Source of the DNA: Pyrobaculum calidifontis JCM 11548
GTDB lineage: Archaea > Thermoproteota > Thermoprotei > Thermoproteales > Thermoproteaceae
Reading direction: 5' to 3'
DNA: 32,000 nucleotides
Assembly (NCBI RefSeq): GCF_000015805.1
Contig: NC_009073.1
Span: 1,680,001 to 1,712,000, forward strand
Part shown: positions 1 through 7,708 of the stretch, piece by piece
How the letters are laid out: every line of letters starts with the position of its first letter
How positions within the stretch are numbered: position 1 is the stretch's first letter
Notes under the pieces: model-generated
Seen by the model: the letters and a program-made list of their open reading frames with translations, nothing else
Database searches by the model: none
What the model was told of the DNA's origin: nothing
Translations under genes and position numbers: made by a program

Positions 1-864
1 ACGGTGCTGAGAGAGGTGATAATCGAAGTGCCAGAGGTCCACTGGGACGACATAGGGGGATACGACTCAATTAAGCAGGAGCTCAGGGAGATAGTGGAGT
101 GGCCCATGAAGTATAGACACTACTTCGACGAGCTGGGCGTAGAGCCCCCCAAGGGCATACTGTTGTTCGGCCCACCCGGCGTTGGAAAAACCCTATTCGC
201 CAAGGCGGTGGCTACCGAGTCTGGGGCCAACTTCATAGCGGTGAGGGGGCCAGAGCTGTTGTCCAAGTGGGTCGGCGAGTCGGAGAAGGCCGTCCGCGAG
301 GTGTTTAAAAAGGCCAGGATGGCCGCGCCTTGCGTCATCTTCTTCGACGAGATAGACTCAATAGCGCCTGCCAGAGGCACGCGCCTCGGCGACTCTGGCG
401 TGACGGACAGGATCGTAAACCAGCTCCTCGCCGAGATGGACGGCATAGGCACTCTGAAAAACGTGGTAGTCATGGCGGCCACCAATAGGCCCGACATATT
501 AGACCCCGCGTTGCTGAGGCCCGGCAGATTTGACAGAGTGATATACGTCCCGCCGCCCGACTTCAAGGCCAGGGTAGAGATCTTCAAGGTTCACACGAAG
601 AAGATAAAGCTGGCCGACGACGTCAACATAGAGGAGCTCGCCAAGAGGACTGAGGGCTACACTGGCGCAGACATAGCGGCGTTAGTGAGAGAGGCGGCCA
701 TGCTCGCCCTCCGGGAAGTCATCAGAGAGGGCAAAGTGAAGCCCGTCTCAATGAGGCACTTTGAGGAGGCCCTAAAGCGGGTGCCGCCGTCTCTCACACC
801 TGAGGACATAAGGCGGTACGAGGAAATGGCAAAGAGAGTTAGGAGAACAATCGCCGGCCTCTAG
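1..864 (+). CDS. cdc48: CDC48/VCP-type AAA+ ATPase, C-terminal (D2) part; 5' end lies outside the window
   Basis: Reading frame is open to the window edge. Walker A GPPGVGKT, Walker [13 protein letters not shown] region [19 protein letters not shown]. Confidence 0.9.
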   Translation, partial: TVLREVIIEVPEVHWDDIGGYDSIKQELREIVEWPMKYRHYFDELGVEPPKGILLFGPPGVGKTLFAKAVATESGANFIAVRGPELLSKWVGESEKAVREVFKKARMAAPCVIFFDEIDSIAPARGTRLGDSGVTDRIVNQLLAEMDGIGTLKNVVVMAATNRPDILDPALLRPGRFDRVIYVPPPDFKARVEIFKVHTKKIKLADDVNIEELAKRTEGYTGADIAALVREAAMLALREVIREGKVKPVSMRHFEEALKRVPPSLTPEDIRRYEEMAKRVRRTIAGL

Positions 865-870
865 AGTAAG

Positions 871-878
871 TTTAAATA
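871..878 (+). promoter_or_regulatory. TATA box (tttaaata) of hsp20, about 28 nt upstream of ATG 899
   Basis: AT octamer in a GC-rich context at archaeal TATA-to-start spacing, implying a leaderless mRNA. Confidence 0.5.
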
Positions 879-898
879 GGGACATCTAACTCGTCCAC

Positions 899-1429
899 AT
901 GTCAATTTTCGACGAGTTTGAGAGATTTATGAGGAGGTGGCAGAAGTTCTTCGAGGAAATAGAGAGACAGATTGAGGAAGACTTCCGGAGGCTTACAGCG
1001 GAGCCGGCCACAAGGGGCGCGGGGAGGCCTAGGTACTACTACTACGGCTTTGAAATTACGATGGGCCCCGATGGGAGGCCCGTGGTAAGAGAATTTGGGA
1101 ACGTCAGGAGGAGAGCCGACGCCGAGAAGATAGAGGTTGTAGACGAGATAGACCCCCTCACCGACATAGTTGAGGAAGACGACAAGATAAAAGTGGTGGT
1201 CGACATGCCCGGCGTGGAGAAGGAGGACATAAAGCTGTACATAAGCGAAGACGGGAAAACGCTAACCATAGACGCGAAAGGCAAAGACAGGAAGTACCAC
1301 AAGGAGATTAGGCTACCCGCCGCAGTTGACCCCAACAAGGCAAAAGCCACCTATAAAAACGGCGTGCTGTCCGTGGAGCTGGAGAAGACCGAGAAGAGAA
1401 AAAAGGGATTTGAGATTAAGATAGAGTAG
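899..1429 (+). CDS. hsp20: Hsp20/alpha-crystallin family small heat shock protein
   Basis: Alpha-crystallin domain: KIKVVVDMPGVEKEDIKLYISEDGKTLTIDAKG...IRLPAAVDPNKAKATYKNGVLSVELEK. Confidence 0.9.
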   Translation: MSIFDEFERFMRRWQKFFEEIERQIEEDFRRLTAEPATRGAGRPRYYYYGFEITMGPDGRPVVREFGNVRRRADAEKIEVVDEIDPLTDIVEEDDKIKVVVDMPGVEKEDIKLYISEDGKTLTIDAKGKDRKYHKEIRLPAAVDPNKAKATYKNGVLSVELEKTEKRKKGFEIKIE

Positions 1430-1871
1430 AAAGCTCCTTAAGCAAGTTCTCAATTTTTTGTTTAACCTCGGCGAATTTTTCCTCGCACTCCTTTACCCTC
1501 TTCTCCACCTCCGTGTGTGGCACAAACCACTCGATCTTTGGCTCGCCGAAGATTAGCCTGCCCCCCTCGACGCTGGCCTCCACAGATATGCGGACAATGT
1601 CGAGCTTGCCCACCCCCATGGAGACGAGGCGCTCGTAGATCTTCTTATTGAGCTCAGAAGTGGCTCTCACAATCTCCTCCTTGGGAACAACGCCGCCGAA
1701 TACCGCGAAGGCAGTCCTCCTAAGCTTGTCGGCGAACCTCGCCGCTATGACCACGCCCGTCCTAATCTCGTACCTATTGGGGGCCTTTAAGAGGTGGCCG
1801 CCGTACAGCTCCACGCTCTCCTGAGCCTTCTCAATGTCACGCTGTACGTTCTCTTCGAGCTTCCACGCCAT
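1416..1871 (-). CDS. Conserved-looking hypothetical protein with C-terminal coiled coil
   Basis: Clean 151-aa ORF with a TATA-containing spacer upstream. No motif I can name. Its 3' end overlaps hsp20 by 14 nt (convergent). Confidence 0.6.
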   Translation of the reverse strand: MAWKLEENVQRDIEKAQESVELYGGHLLKAPNRYEIRTGVVIAARFADKLRRTAFAVFGGVVPKEEIVRATSELNKKIYERLVSMGVGKLDIVRISVEASVEGGRLIFGEPKIEWFVPHTEVEKRVKECEEKFAEVKQKIENLLKELSTLS

Positions 1872-1886
1872 GTCAAATAGTACAAG

Positions 1887-1898
1887 TTATTTATAATA
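1887..1898. promoter_or_regulatory. Near-palindromic TATA element (ttatttataata) in a 39-nt divergent spacer
   Basis: Lies between minus-strand start 1871 and plus-strand GTG 1911, at plausible spacing for both. Confidence 0.45.
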
Positions 1899-1910
1899 GT
1901 TACTTAGGCC

Positions 1911-2993
1911 GTGGACCTAATAATTAAGACAAGGAGAGGATTTGAGAAACTGGCGGCGTCATACATAAAAGAGCTGGTAGGCGAGGGTGCTGAGGTGTTG
2001 CCAGCGCCGAGCGGGTACTTAGGCATAGTGGTCGTAAAAGGCCTCGGCGAGGGGAAGTGGAAAATCGCCGAGCTAATAGCCGAAAAGGTGCTCGAGGCGG
2101 ACAGAATTCTCGTGGTAGAGGAAGTTGTCAAGGCGGACATCGCCGAGATTGAGAAGGCGGCTGTGGAAGTGGCCAAGCGGTATATCTCGCCTGGCGACAC
2201 CTTCGCCATTAGGACCACCAGGAGGGGTACGCACCCCTTTACGTCAATTGACGTAAATGTAAGAGTGGGCGCCGCGGTCAAGGAGGCCACGGGGGCCGAG
2301 GTCGACCTAGAGGAACCGGCGAAGCCTCTATACGTGGAAATATTTCAAGACGTAGCCGCAGTGTGCGTGCCAGCCACTAGAGAGTACAGAAAGTTGCGCA
2401 GAGACAAGCCCCTGACGCTCAACGCCCTGAGGAAAGTTGCCATTGGGCAAATGGTGTACGAGGGTGACGACGAGGCGGTGAAAAAGATGGGCGAGAGAAT
2501 CGGAAGAGCGGCCCAGACCTTTGAAGTGGCAGAGCTGGCGATCCTTTTGCACAAGCAGATCCCCGCGAGGACGCTACGCGTCTTCCTCGAGGCCGTGGAG
2601 GCCGGCGTCGAGAGTAGATACCAAATACAGACGAGGAGCTACGGGAGGCCTGTTCACAAGGTCCCCATATCTGTCTACGAGCTCTACCAATACGTGAGAA
2701 GCAGGGCGGGCGAGCCGCTGATAGTCACAGACCCCAAAGGCGACTATGTAACAGCGGTGAAAGAGAGGCTAGCCCAGCTCTTCGCCCGTGAGAGAGTAAA
2801 CGTCTTAATAGGCGCCAGAGAGGGCATACCCCCCGGCATATACCGATTCGCCGACGTGGTGGTAGACCTAATACCCGAGGTAACCATAGCCACAGACTTC
2901 GTAATCCCCTCCCTAATGATAGCCTTTACCACGGCCCTGGAGGAGGCAGGCGCCCTGCCGAGATATGCGGGAAAGCGGGTAAAACATAAATAG
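1911..2993 (+). CDS. THUMP-domain RNA-binding protein with a C-terminal SPOUT-like (putative methyltransferase) domain
   Basis: THUMP-like core [60 protein letters not shown]-terminal [49 protein letters not shown] resembles the knotted SPOUT cofactor region. Confidence 0.6.
   Translation: MDLIIKTRRGFEKLAASYIKELVGEGAEVLPAPSGYLGIVVVKGLGEGKWKIAELIAEKVLEADRILVVEEVVKADIAEIEKAAVEVAKRYISPGDTFAIRTTRRGTHPFTSIDVNVRVGAAVKEATGAEVDLEEPAKPLYVEIFQDVAAVCVPATREYRKLRRDKPLTLNALRKVAIGQMVYEGDDEAVKKMGERIGRAAQTFEVAELAILLHKQIPARTLRVFLEAVEAGVESRYQIQTRSYGRPVHKVPISVYELYQYVRSRAGEPLIVTDPKGDYVTAVKERLAQLFARERVNVLIGAREGIPPGIYRFADVVVDLIPEVTIATDFVIPSLMIAFTTALEEAGALPRYAGKRVKHK
2985..2992 (+). promoter_or_regulatory. TATA box (cataaata) for rps11, overlapping the stop codon of the upstream gene
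   Basis: Sits 28 nt upstream of ATG 3013, which favours 3013 over the TTG at 2998 as the start. Confidence 0.45.
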
Positions 2994-3012
2994 GTCGTTG
3001 AACCCATCCACG

Positions 3013-3438
3013 ATGTCCACGGCAGAGACACCGCAACAGCCACAGCAACAACAAAAGCTCAGGTGGGGCATAGCGTGGATATACTCGTCGTCAAACAACA
3101 CCATTATCACAATTACAGACCTCACAGGCGCCGAGACGGTGGCGCGGGTAAGCGGAGGCATGGTGGTACGCGCAGACAAAGACAAGCCGTCGCCCTGGGC
3201 CGCCATGCAGGCGGCGTACAAGGCGGCGCAACTAGCCCTCGCCAGGGGGATCAACGCAGTGCACATAAAGGTAAGAGGCCCCGGGGGCTACGGCATGAAG
3301 GTGCCCGGCCCCGGCGCCTCCGCCGCAATACGCGCCTTGGCTCGCTCCGGCTTAGTGATAGGCAGAATAGAGGACGTCACCCCCATACCGCACGACACTA
3401 TTAGGCCCCCCAGCGGCCGCAAAGGCAGAAGAGTGTAA
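3013..3438 (+). CDS. rps11: 30S ribosomal protein uS11 (S11)
   Basis: [34 protein letters not shown]...[11 protein letters not shown]...[30 protein letters not shown]. The ORF track starts at 2998; ATG 3013 is preferred. Confidence 0.92.
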   Translation: MSTAETPQQPQQQQKLRWGIAWIYSSSNNTIITITDLTGAETVARVSGGMVVRADKDKPSPWAAMQAAYKAAQLALARGINAVHIKVRGPGGYGMKVPGPGASAAIRALARSGLVIGRIEDVTPIPHDTIRPPSGRKGRRV

Positions 3439-3702
3439 ATGGAAAAGAAGGACTGCCTAATCGCCGTCTTTGAAAACTGTAAGGGGGTAGACGGGGTCAA
3501 GCTCTTGAGAGAGGCGCGTATAAAGGCGCGAAAGCTCATAATACTCACCAAATGTCCCAAGCCCACAGACGCCTTCCCCATAGTCAAGGCCGTGGCAGAC
3601 AACAACATGGACTTCCCCGTGAGACACTACCACGGCGCCGAGCCAGCAGACGCCGTAGCCCTAGAGAAGTGTGCAACATACGAGGTAGTGTCCGTTGAAT
3701 AA
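3439..3702 (+). CDS. Hypothetical 87-aa protein directly abutting rps11 (TAA-ATG)
   Basis: ORF starts on the base after the rps11 stop. No recognisable motif. Confidence 0.5.
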   Translation: MEKKDCLIAVFENCKGVDGVKLLREARIKARKLIILTKCPKPTDAFPIVKAVADNNMDFPVRHYHGAEPADAVALEKCATYEVVSVE

Positions 3703-3764
3703 CTACGCCACAAGCCTGCTCACCTCCTGAAGTGGTACATACTTTATAAAGACGGGAGCAGTGG

Positions 3765-3825
3765 CTGTCGGTGATGAGTAGGCATTTGTGGCTTTCAATG
3801 GCCGGCGCCGGAAATGCTGACCTCG
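3765..3825 (+). ncRNA. Possible C/D-box sRNA (weak internal boxes)
   Basis: C box GTGATGA at 3771-3777 and D box CTGA at 3817-3820, 39 nt apart. tttataaa at 3743-3750 lies about 25 nt upstream. The internal D'/C' boxes are poor, and a CCGGCGCCGG palindrome occupies the second guide region. Confidence 0.3.
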
Positions 3826-3894
3826 GTGTGTTGAATGAACCATACGTAGAACACCTACCCTAGTGTTAACGCACTTGGTGCAAAAAGGGCCTTG

Positions 3895-3950
3895 TTTATC
3901 AGCGTAGCTCAGCCTCTTCACCTATCGTTCTACTACCCTCATCACTTCTC
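3895..3950 (-). ncRNA. Candidate C/D-box sRNA; the D-guide is complementary to a tRNA D-arm
   Basis: Minus strand reads GTGATGA-GGGTAGTAGAAC-GATA-G-GTGAAGA-GGCTGAGCTACG-CTGA. C box is at 3939-3945 and D box at 3899-3902, 36 nt apart. C' is GTGAAGA. The 12-nt D-guide pairs 12/12 with CGTAGCTCAGCC of tRNA-Lys (8202-8213). A TATA-like element lies about 25-30 nt upstream. Confidence 0.55.
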
Positions 3951-3969
3951 TTCTCACTAAGCTGTCCCG

Positions 3970-3984
3970 CTAAAAGCTTTTTAC
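3970..3984. promoter_or_regulatory. AT-rich near-palindromic element (ctaaaagctttttac), possible bidirectional TATA
   Basis: About 25 nt upstream of GTG 4004 (+) and about 27-32 nt upstream of the minus-strand C box at 3945. Confidence 0.4.
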
Positions 3985-4003
3985 TGGGAGACGTGGCTCT
4001 TCT

Positions 4004-5098
4004 GTGGAGGCTGTGTTGAGCAAGGCGTTGCCCGACGGCCGTATAGAGTGTACAGCTTGTGCTAGGCGGTGTAGGCTGAGGGAGGGCCAGACCGGCTTCT
4101 GTGGCGTGAGGAGCGTCAGAGGAGGCAAGCTGCGGCTCGACGTCTACGGCTTAATTTCGGCCATAGCGGTGGATCCGATCGAGAAAAAGCCACTCACCCA
4201 CTTCTACCCAGGCGCCCTTGTCCTTTCGTTTTCAACATTCGGCTGCAACTGGGCGTGCCAGTACTGTCAAAATTTTGAGATTAGCCAGAGGAGGAAGGCC
4301 GAGGGGTTTGAGGTAACGCCTGAGCTCCTTGTCAAATTGGCCGAGAGCTACGGGGCGCACGGCATAACGTACACGTACAACGAGCCCACAATCTTCATCG
4401 AGTTTGCCCACGACGTAGGAGTATTGGCCAGGTCTAGGGGCCTTTTCAACACCTTTGTGACAAATGGGTATATGACCCCCGAGGCTGTGAAATACGCAAG
4501 CGAGTTCCTAGACGCGGCCACTGTGGACTTCAAGGGGAATGCTGACGAGAAGTTCCTAAGGCGCTACGTCTATGTCCCAGACGCCGAGCCGATATTCGAG
4601 ACGTTGGCAGAGATGAAGCGGCATGGGATTTGGGTAGAGGTCACAGACCTCGTGGTGCCCCGCGTCGGCGACGACTTAGAAAAGGCGAGGAGACTCGTGA
4701 GGAGAGTCATAGACATCCTAGGCCCCGACGTCCCCATACACTTCCTCCGCTTCCACCCAGACTACAAGATGATGAACCTCCCGCCCACGCCGGTGGAGAC
4801 CTTGGAGAAACACGTGGAGGTGGCCAAGGAGGAGGGGGCCCGCTTTGCTTACGTGGGGAACGTCCCCGGCCACAAGTACGAGCACACCTACTGCCCCGAG
4901 TGTGGAAACGTGGTGATCAAGAGGAGGGGGTTCGACATCCTTGAGATAAACCTCGTCGAGAGGGGCGGGGAGTATAGGTGCAAGTTCTGCGGCGCCAAGA
5001 TACCCATCAGGGGGAAGATCATGCCCACGTGGAGAGACGAGTTTAGGTTTGTCTACGTCCCCATAAACGCCTTCGCGCGGTATGTGAAACGGGCTTAA
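4004..5098 (+). CDS. Radical SAM enzyme of AmmeMemoRadiSam type (pyruvate formate-lyase-activase-like)
   Basis: CxxxCxxC cluster [18 protein letters not shown]-terminal Cys-rich lead [21 protein letters not shown] and [14 protein letters not shown] are typical of this family. C-terminal Zn-ribbon-like CPECG...CKFCG. Confidence 0.8.
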   Translation: MEAVLSKALPDGRIECTACARRCRLREGQTGFCGVRSVRGGKLRLDVYGLISAIAVDPIEKKPLTHFYPGALVLSFSTFGCNWACQYCQNFEISQRRKAEGFEVTPELLVKLAESYGAHGITYTYNEPTIFIEFAHDVGVLARSRGLFNTFVTNGYMTPEAVKYASEFLDAATVDFKGNADEKFLRRYVYVPDAEPIFETLAEMKRHGIWVEVTDLVVPRVGDDLEKARRLVRRVIDILGPDVPIHFLRFHPDYKMMNLPPTPVETLEKHVEVAKEEGARFAYVGNVPGHKYEHTYCPECGNVVIKRRGFDILEINLVERGGEYRCKFCGAKIPIRGKIMPTWRDEFRFVYVPINAFARYVKRA

Positions 5099-5099
5099 G

Positions 5100-5484
5100 G
5101 GATCCGACCTCCTCGCCGCCCTGGGTTCCCCCGTGGGCGGGTCATTGGTTCCCCCCATTGGTCGGGGTTTCATCCGTCATTTGGGGGGCGGTCGGGGAGG
5201 CCGGAGTTCCCCCCATGTCGAATGCCCGGGGGCGATCCCCCGGGCGACAACGCATGTGAGAATGAACGAGGGTGTTTATAAGATTAGCTCGGCGTTAAGA
5301 TCGCCAGTGGGGAAAAAGCGGGGTTACCCAACACCTCGCGGGCCCTCCTTTCGATGTTTAACACGGCGACGACGTCTCTTCCGGCTTCGAAGCCGCAGAC
5401 CGTGCACCTCATCCGCCTATGCCCTACTTCTTCCATCTTCCCGCCGCATTTGGGGCACATCGTCGATGGAGACTGGGCCGAGGA
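5100..5484 (-). pseudogene. tnpB: Relic of the IS200/IS605-family TnpB (OrfB) 3' end
   Basis: Minus-strand frame 5460..5284 reads MCPKCGGKMEEVGHRRMRCTVCGFEAGRDVVAVLNIERRAREVLG: CxxC...CxxC zinc finger plus the RuvC-III-like RDVVAxLNI motif. An in-frame TAG sits 9 codons upstream, so no N-terminal part exists. Downstream frames carry frameshifted Gly/Pro-rich tail peptides (PMGGTNDPPTGEP) that, from memory, resemble archaeal TnpB C-terminal tails. Confidence 0.7.
5224..5245. repeat. Perfect 9-bp GC hairpin (GCCCGGGGG-cgat-CCCCCGGGC) inside the IS relic
   Basis: Inverted repeat read directly from the sequence. It lies 3' of the TnpB remnant stop, where an IS200/IS605 right-end hairpin or omega-RNA structure would be expected. 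Confidence 0.6.
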
Positions 5485-5608
5485 CTATTGCCACAAAGGC
5501 GGCTAGCGACATTATGCTCCAGGTGGGCAGATGGGGGTAGAGGGGCCTGGCCGCCATGCCTCCTACCACAATGGTGAGGAGCAACAGGGCCACTAAGGCA
5601 TCGCCCAT
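5417..5608 (-). CDS. Doubtful 63-aa two-helix membrane ORF running into the TnpB relic
   Basis: Hydrophobic ORF MGDALVALLLLTIVVGG...; its last about 15 codons are out-of-frame TnpB sequence. It may be a truncated gene or an artefact. Confidence 0.2.
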   Translation of the reverse strand: MGDALVALLLLTIVVGGMAARPLYPHLPTWSIMSLAAFVAIVLGPVSIDDVPQMRREDGRSRA

Positions 5609-5643
5609 GGAAAGGGATAAATAAGGGGGCGCAAATTAGCTGT

Positions 5644-6300
5644 GTGCAACGTATCAAGAGGATATTCACCAGTGGAGTGGAGGACGTCAAGGCAAAAATA
5701 GCCTCGCACCTAGAGCTGTCACGCCAGTCGCTTGAGGTCCTCCTCCAGTTGCTCTCCGCGCGGGCCACGGCTAAGAGCGACGTGGACGAGGCCATGAGAA
5801 AAATCACTGCGCTGGAGAGAGAAGGCGACGAGATCATCAGAGGCTTGGTGGACGAGGTGACGCAGGGGGCAGTCGTCCCCACAGTGACAAACCTCGTCTT
5901 AATTCTCCTTGACAACGTGGACAACGTCTTAGACTTAATCTACTTCGCCGTGAAGGAGATAAGGAGGGGCTTCCACCTGTGGCAAAAGGAGAGCGTATAC
6001 GCCATAGTTGCAAACGAGGTCAGAGAGATATTCAACTTGATAAAGTCGATGTTGGAGTACTTCCAAAAGATGTTAAGCGCCGGGAAGGTCGAAGAGGTGA
6101 AGCACTATGCCAGAATAGTAAGCTCGCTCGAGGAGGAAATCGACGAGATAAAAGAGGACGTGTTAGACAAAATATACGGCCTCGAGCTAACCGCCGTCGA
6201 GTTCAACCACTTAGTCACATTGGTATTCACCGCGGATAGGATAGCAGACAATATACAAGACGCGGCGTACCACCTCGTCACAGTGGTGTCCTCGGCCTAA
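5644..6300 (+). CDS. DUF47/PhoU-like phosphate-transport regulator family protein
   Basis: All-helical 218-aa protein with the layout of DUF47 proteins that precede PiT transporters. TATA ataaataa lies about 25 nt upstream of GTG 5644. Its stop overlaps the next start (TAATG). Confidence 0.65.
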   Translation: MQRIKRIFTSGVEDVKAKIASHLELSRQSLEVLLQLLSARATAKSDVDEAMRKITALEREGDEIIRGLVDEVTQGAVVPTVTNLVLILLDNVDNVLDLIYFAVKEIRRGFHLWQKESVYAIVANEVREIFNLIKSMLEYFQKMLSAGKVEEVKHYARIVSSLEEEIDEIKEDVLDKIYGLELTAVEFNHLVTLVFTADRIADNIQDAAYHLVTVVSSA

Positions 6301-7067
6301 TGATATACCCCGCGGTACTTGCCTTCCTACTAGCCTACAACAACTCGCTTGTGTTGCTCGGCCCCACCGCCTGGGGCTCGGGGGCCGGGCCCCGGAGGTC
6401 CTTCGCCATAGCCTTGGCAGGCCAGATGTTGGGAATGGCCACGAGCAACCTACAACCGCTGAAGATAGGCACCGCGGAGTTTTTCTACATATCGGCGCTG
6501 TACGTTGCGCTGACGGCGGCGAAGATAAGTCTCCCGGTCGCAGTCGTCACCTACGCAATCCACAGGCCAAGCCTAGACGCTGCGCTGTTCTGGTTGCTCT
6601 CCCCCGCAGTCGCCCTCTCCGCCTACGCCTACGAGGCCGTGGGCGGCAGATATACGACGCTACTGACGCTGTTCGCAGTTATGTACGCCTTCGGCTACAA
6701 CAACCTAGCCCTATTCGCAGAAAACTACGCACTGACGGCAGTTGCGGCGGCTGCGGGGACTTACCTAGGCCTCAGCTACTCCCGCTGGGTCTTAGACCTA
6801 GCGGCGCTGAGGAGCAAGGTGGCAAATTCGGTGAACCTCGCCGCGGCGACAGCCGCGGCGCTGGGGACGGCGCTGGGAATTCCCATCTCGTTCACCCTAG
6901 TGGCATACTCCGCCCTACTAGTCACATCGCTGAGGCACAGGATAAGGGTAATAAAAGTTGAGAAATTTGTAAAAGCCTACCTCTCCATTGCAGTGGCGGT
7001 GGTGGCCGCGGCTATATTTCCCGCTCTAAGACAACTACTTCAACTCCAGGCCCCACAAGCGACTTGA
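6300..7067 (+). CDS. Polytopic membrane protein, divergent PiT (inorganic phosphate transporter)-like, internally duplicated
   Basis: Two repeats carry AYNNSLVLLGP (aa 12-22) and FGYNNLALFAEN (aa 131-142) at the positions of the PiT GANDVAN signatures. Translationally coupled to a DUF47 gene, as in PiT operons. Confidence 0.5.
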   Translation: MIYPAVLAFLLAYNNSLVLLGPTAWGSGAGPRRSFAIALAGQMLGMATSNLQPLKIGTAEFFYISALYVALTAAKISLPVAVVTYAIHRPSLDAALFWLLSPAVALSAYAYEAVGGRYTTLLTLFAVMYAFGYNNLALFAENYALTAVAAAAGTYLGLSYSRWVLDLAALRSKVANSVNLAAATAAALGTALGIPISFTLVAYSALLVTSLRHRIRVIKVEKFVKAYLSIAVAVVAAAIFPALRQLLQLQAPQAT

Positions 7068-7683
7068 ACTCCTCTGCGTCTCTCCTCGACCCAACAATGG
7101 CGCCGTAGTGCATGGGAATTGCCACCCTCGGCCTTATTGTATTTATAAACTCGGCGGCCTCTCGCGCCGTCATTACATAAACCCCAGAAACTGGAACTAA
7201 CACAACGTCGGCCTTCACGTCTCTAAACTCTGGCACAAAGTCGCTATCCCCGGCGTGGAAAATCCTCACGCCGCCCCACTCAATGAGATACGCCACTCTC
7301 CCATCCTCCCTAGGGTGAAACACGACGCCACGCGCCGGGTCTCTAAACTTGTTTATGTTGTAGGCGGGGTAGGCGGTCACCCTCAGCGGACCCAAGTCGA
7401 TAGACGCCCCCGGCGAAATCTCTACCACGTTCTGAGCGGCCTTACTCACACAGGCCTTAGCCACCCGCGGCGCCACCACCCTCGTAGAAGGCTTCAAGAC
7501 GCGCTGAATAGAAGGCGGGTCACAGTGGTCAAAATGCTCATGCGTGACGAGGATAAAGTCCGCCTTGGGCTCCCCCACCTGTAGCTGAAACGGGTCAATA
7601 TACACAACTACGCCGCCCCCCACAATCCTAAACCCATCATGGCCAAGCCAAGATATCTCGAGATTCCCAAACTTAAAAGGCAT
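7012..7683 (-). CDS. MBL-fold metallo-hydrolase
   Basis: Metal-binding motif ILVTHEHFDHCD plus downstream H/D ligands (IFHAGDSD, PMHYG). 223 aa. Confidence 0.85.
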   Translation of the reverse strand: MPFKFGNLEISWLGHDGFRIVGGGVVVYIDPFQLQVGEPKADFILVTHEHFDHCDPPSIQRVLKPSTRVVAPRVAKACVSKAAQNVVEISPGASIDLGPLRVTAYPAYNINKFRDPARGVVFHPREDGRVAYLIEWGGVRIFHAGDSDFVPEFRDVKADVVLVPVSGVYVMTAREAAEFINTIRPRVAIPMHYGAIVGSRRDAEEFKSLVGPGVEVVVLEREI

Positions 7684-7708
7684 GGAAAAAAGGTGGGTTT
7701 TGGGGTTT

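Noticed and set aside
120-587. Long antisense ORFs inside confident genes: 120-587(-), 1042-1350(-), 1904-2290(-), 4718-5173(-), 5133-5540(+), 5424-5924(-), 16853-17242(-), 18068-18619(-), 18654-19607(- , 317 aa), 22385-23002(+), 22738-23346(+), 23099-23791(+), 29652-30128(-).
   Set aside because: They are shadow frames of GC-rich coding regions. Their composition is low-complexity Arg/Pro/Ser/Gly-rich, they have no TATA box at start spacing, and each fully overlaps a gene with strong family motifs.
3899-3916. tRNA-like fragment (agcgtagctcagcct) resembling a tRNA 5' acceptor/D-arm.
   Set aside because: No anticodon or T arm follows, so it is not a tRNA or split tRNA. The match is explained as the antisense of the 12-nt guide of the minus-strand C/D sRNA candidate.
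3703-3921. 72-aa ORF on the minus strand in the rps11/radical-SAM spacer.
   Set aside because: It has no promoter at start spacing and a non-protein-like composition. The region is better explained by the C/D-box sRNA candidates.
4769-4775. Isolated C-box-like heptamers inside coding regions: ATGATGA at 4769-4775 and 9150-9156 (+), GTGATGA at 15105-15111 (+), about 22107 (-), about 24300 (-), GTGATGA about 12706-12712 (-).
   Set aside because: No CTGA D box lies at 30-45 nt downstream on the same strand in any case, so these are chance occurrences.
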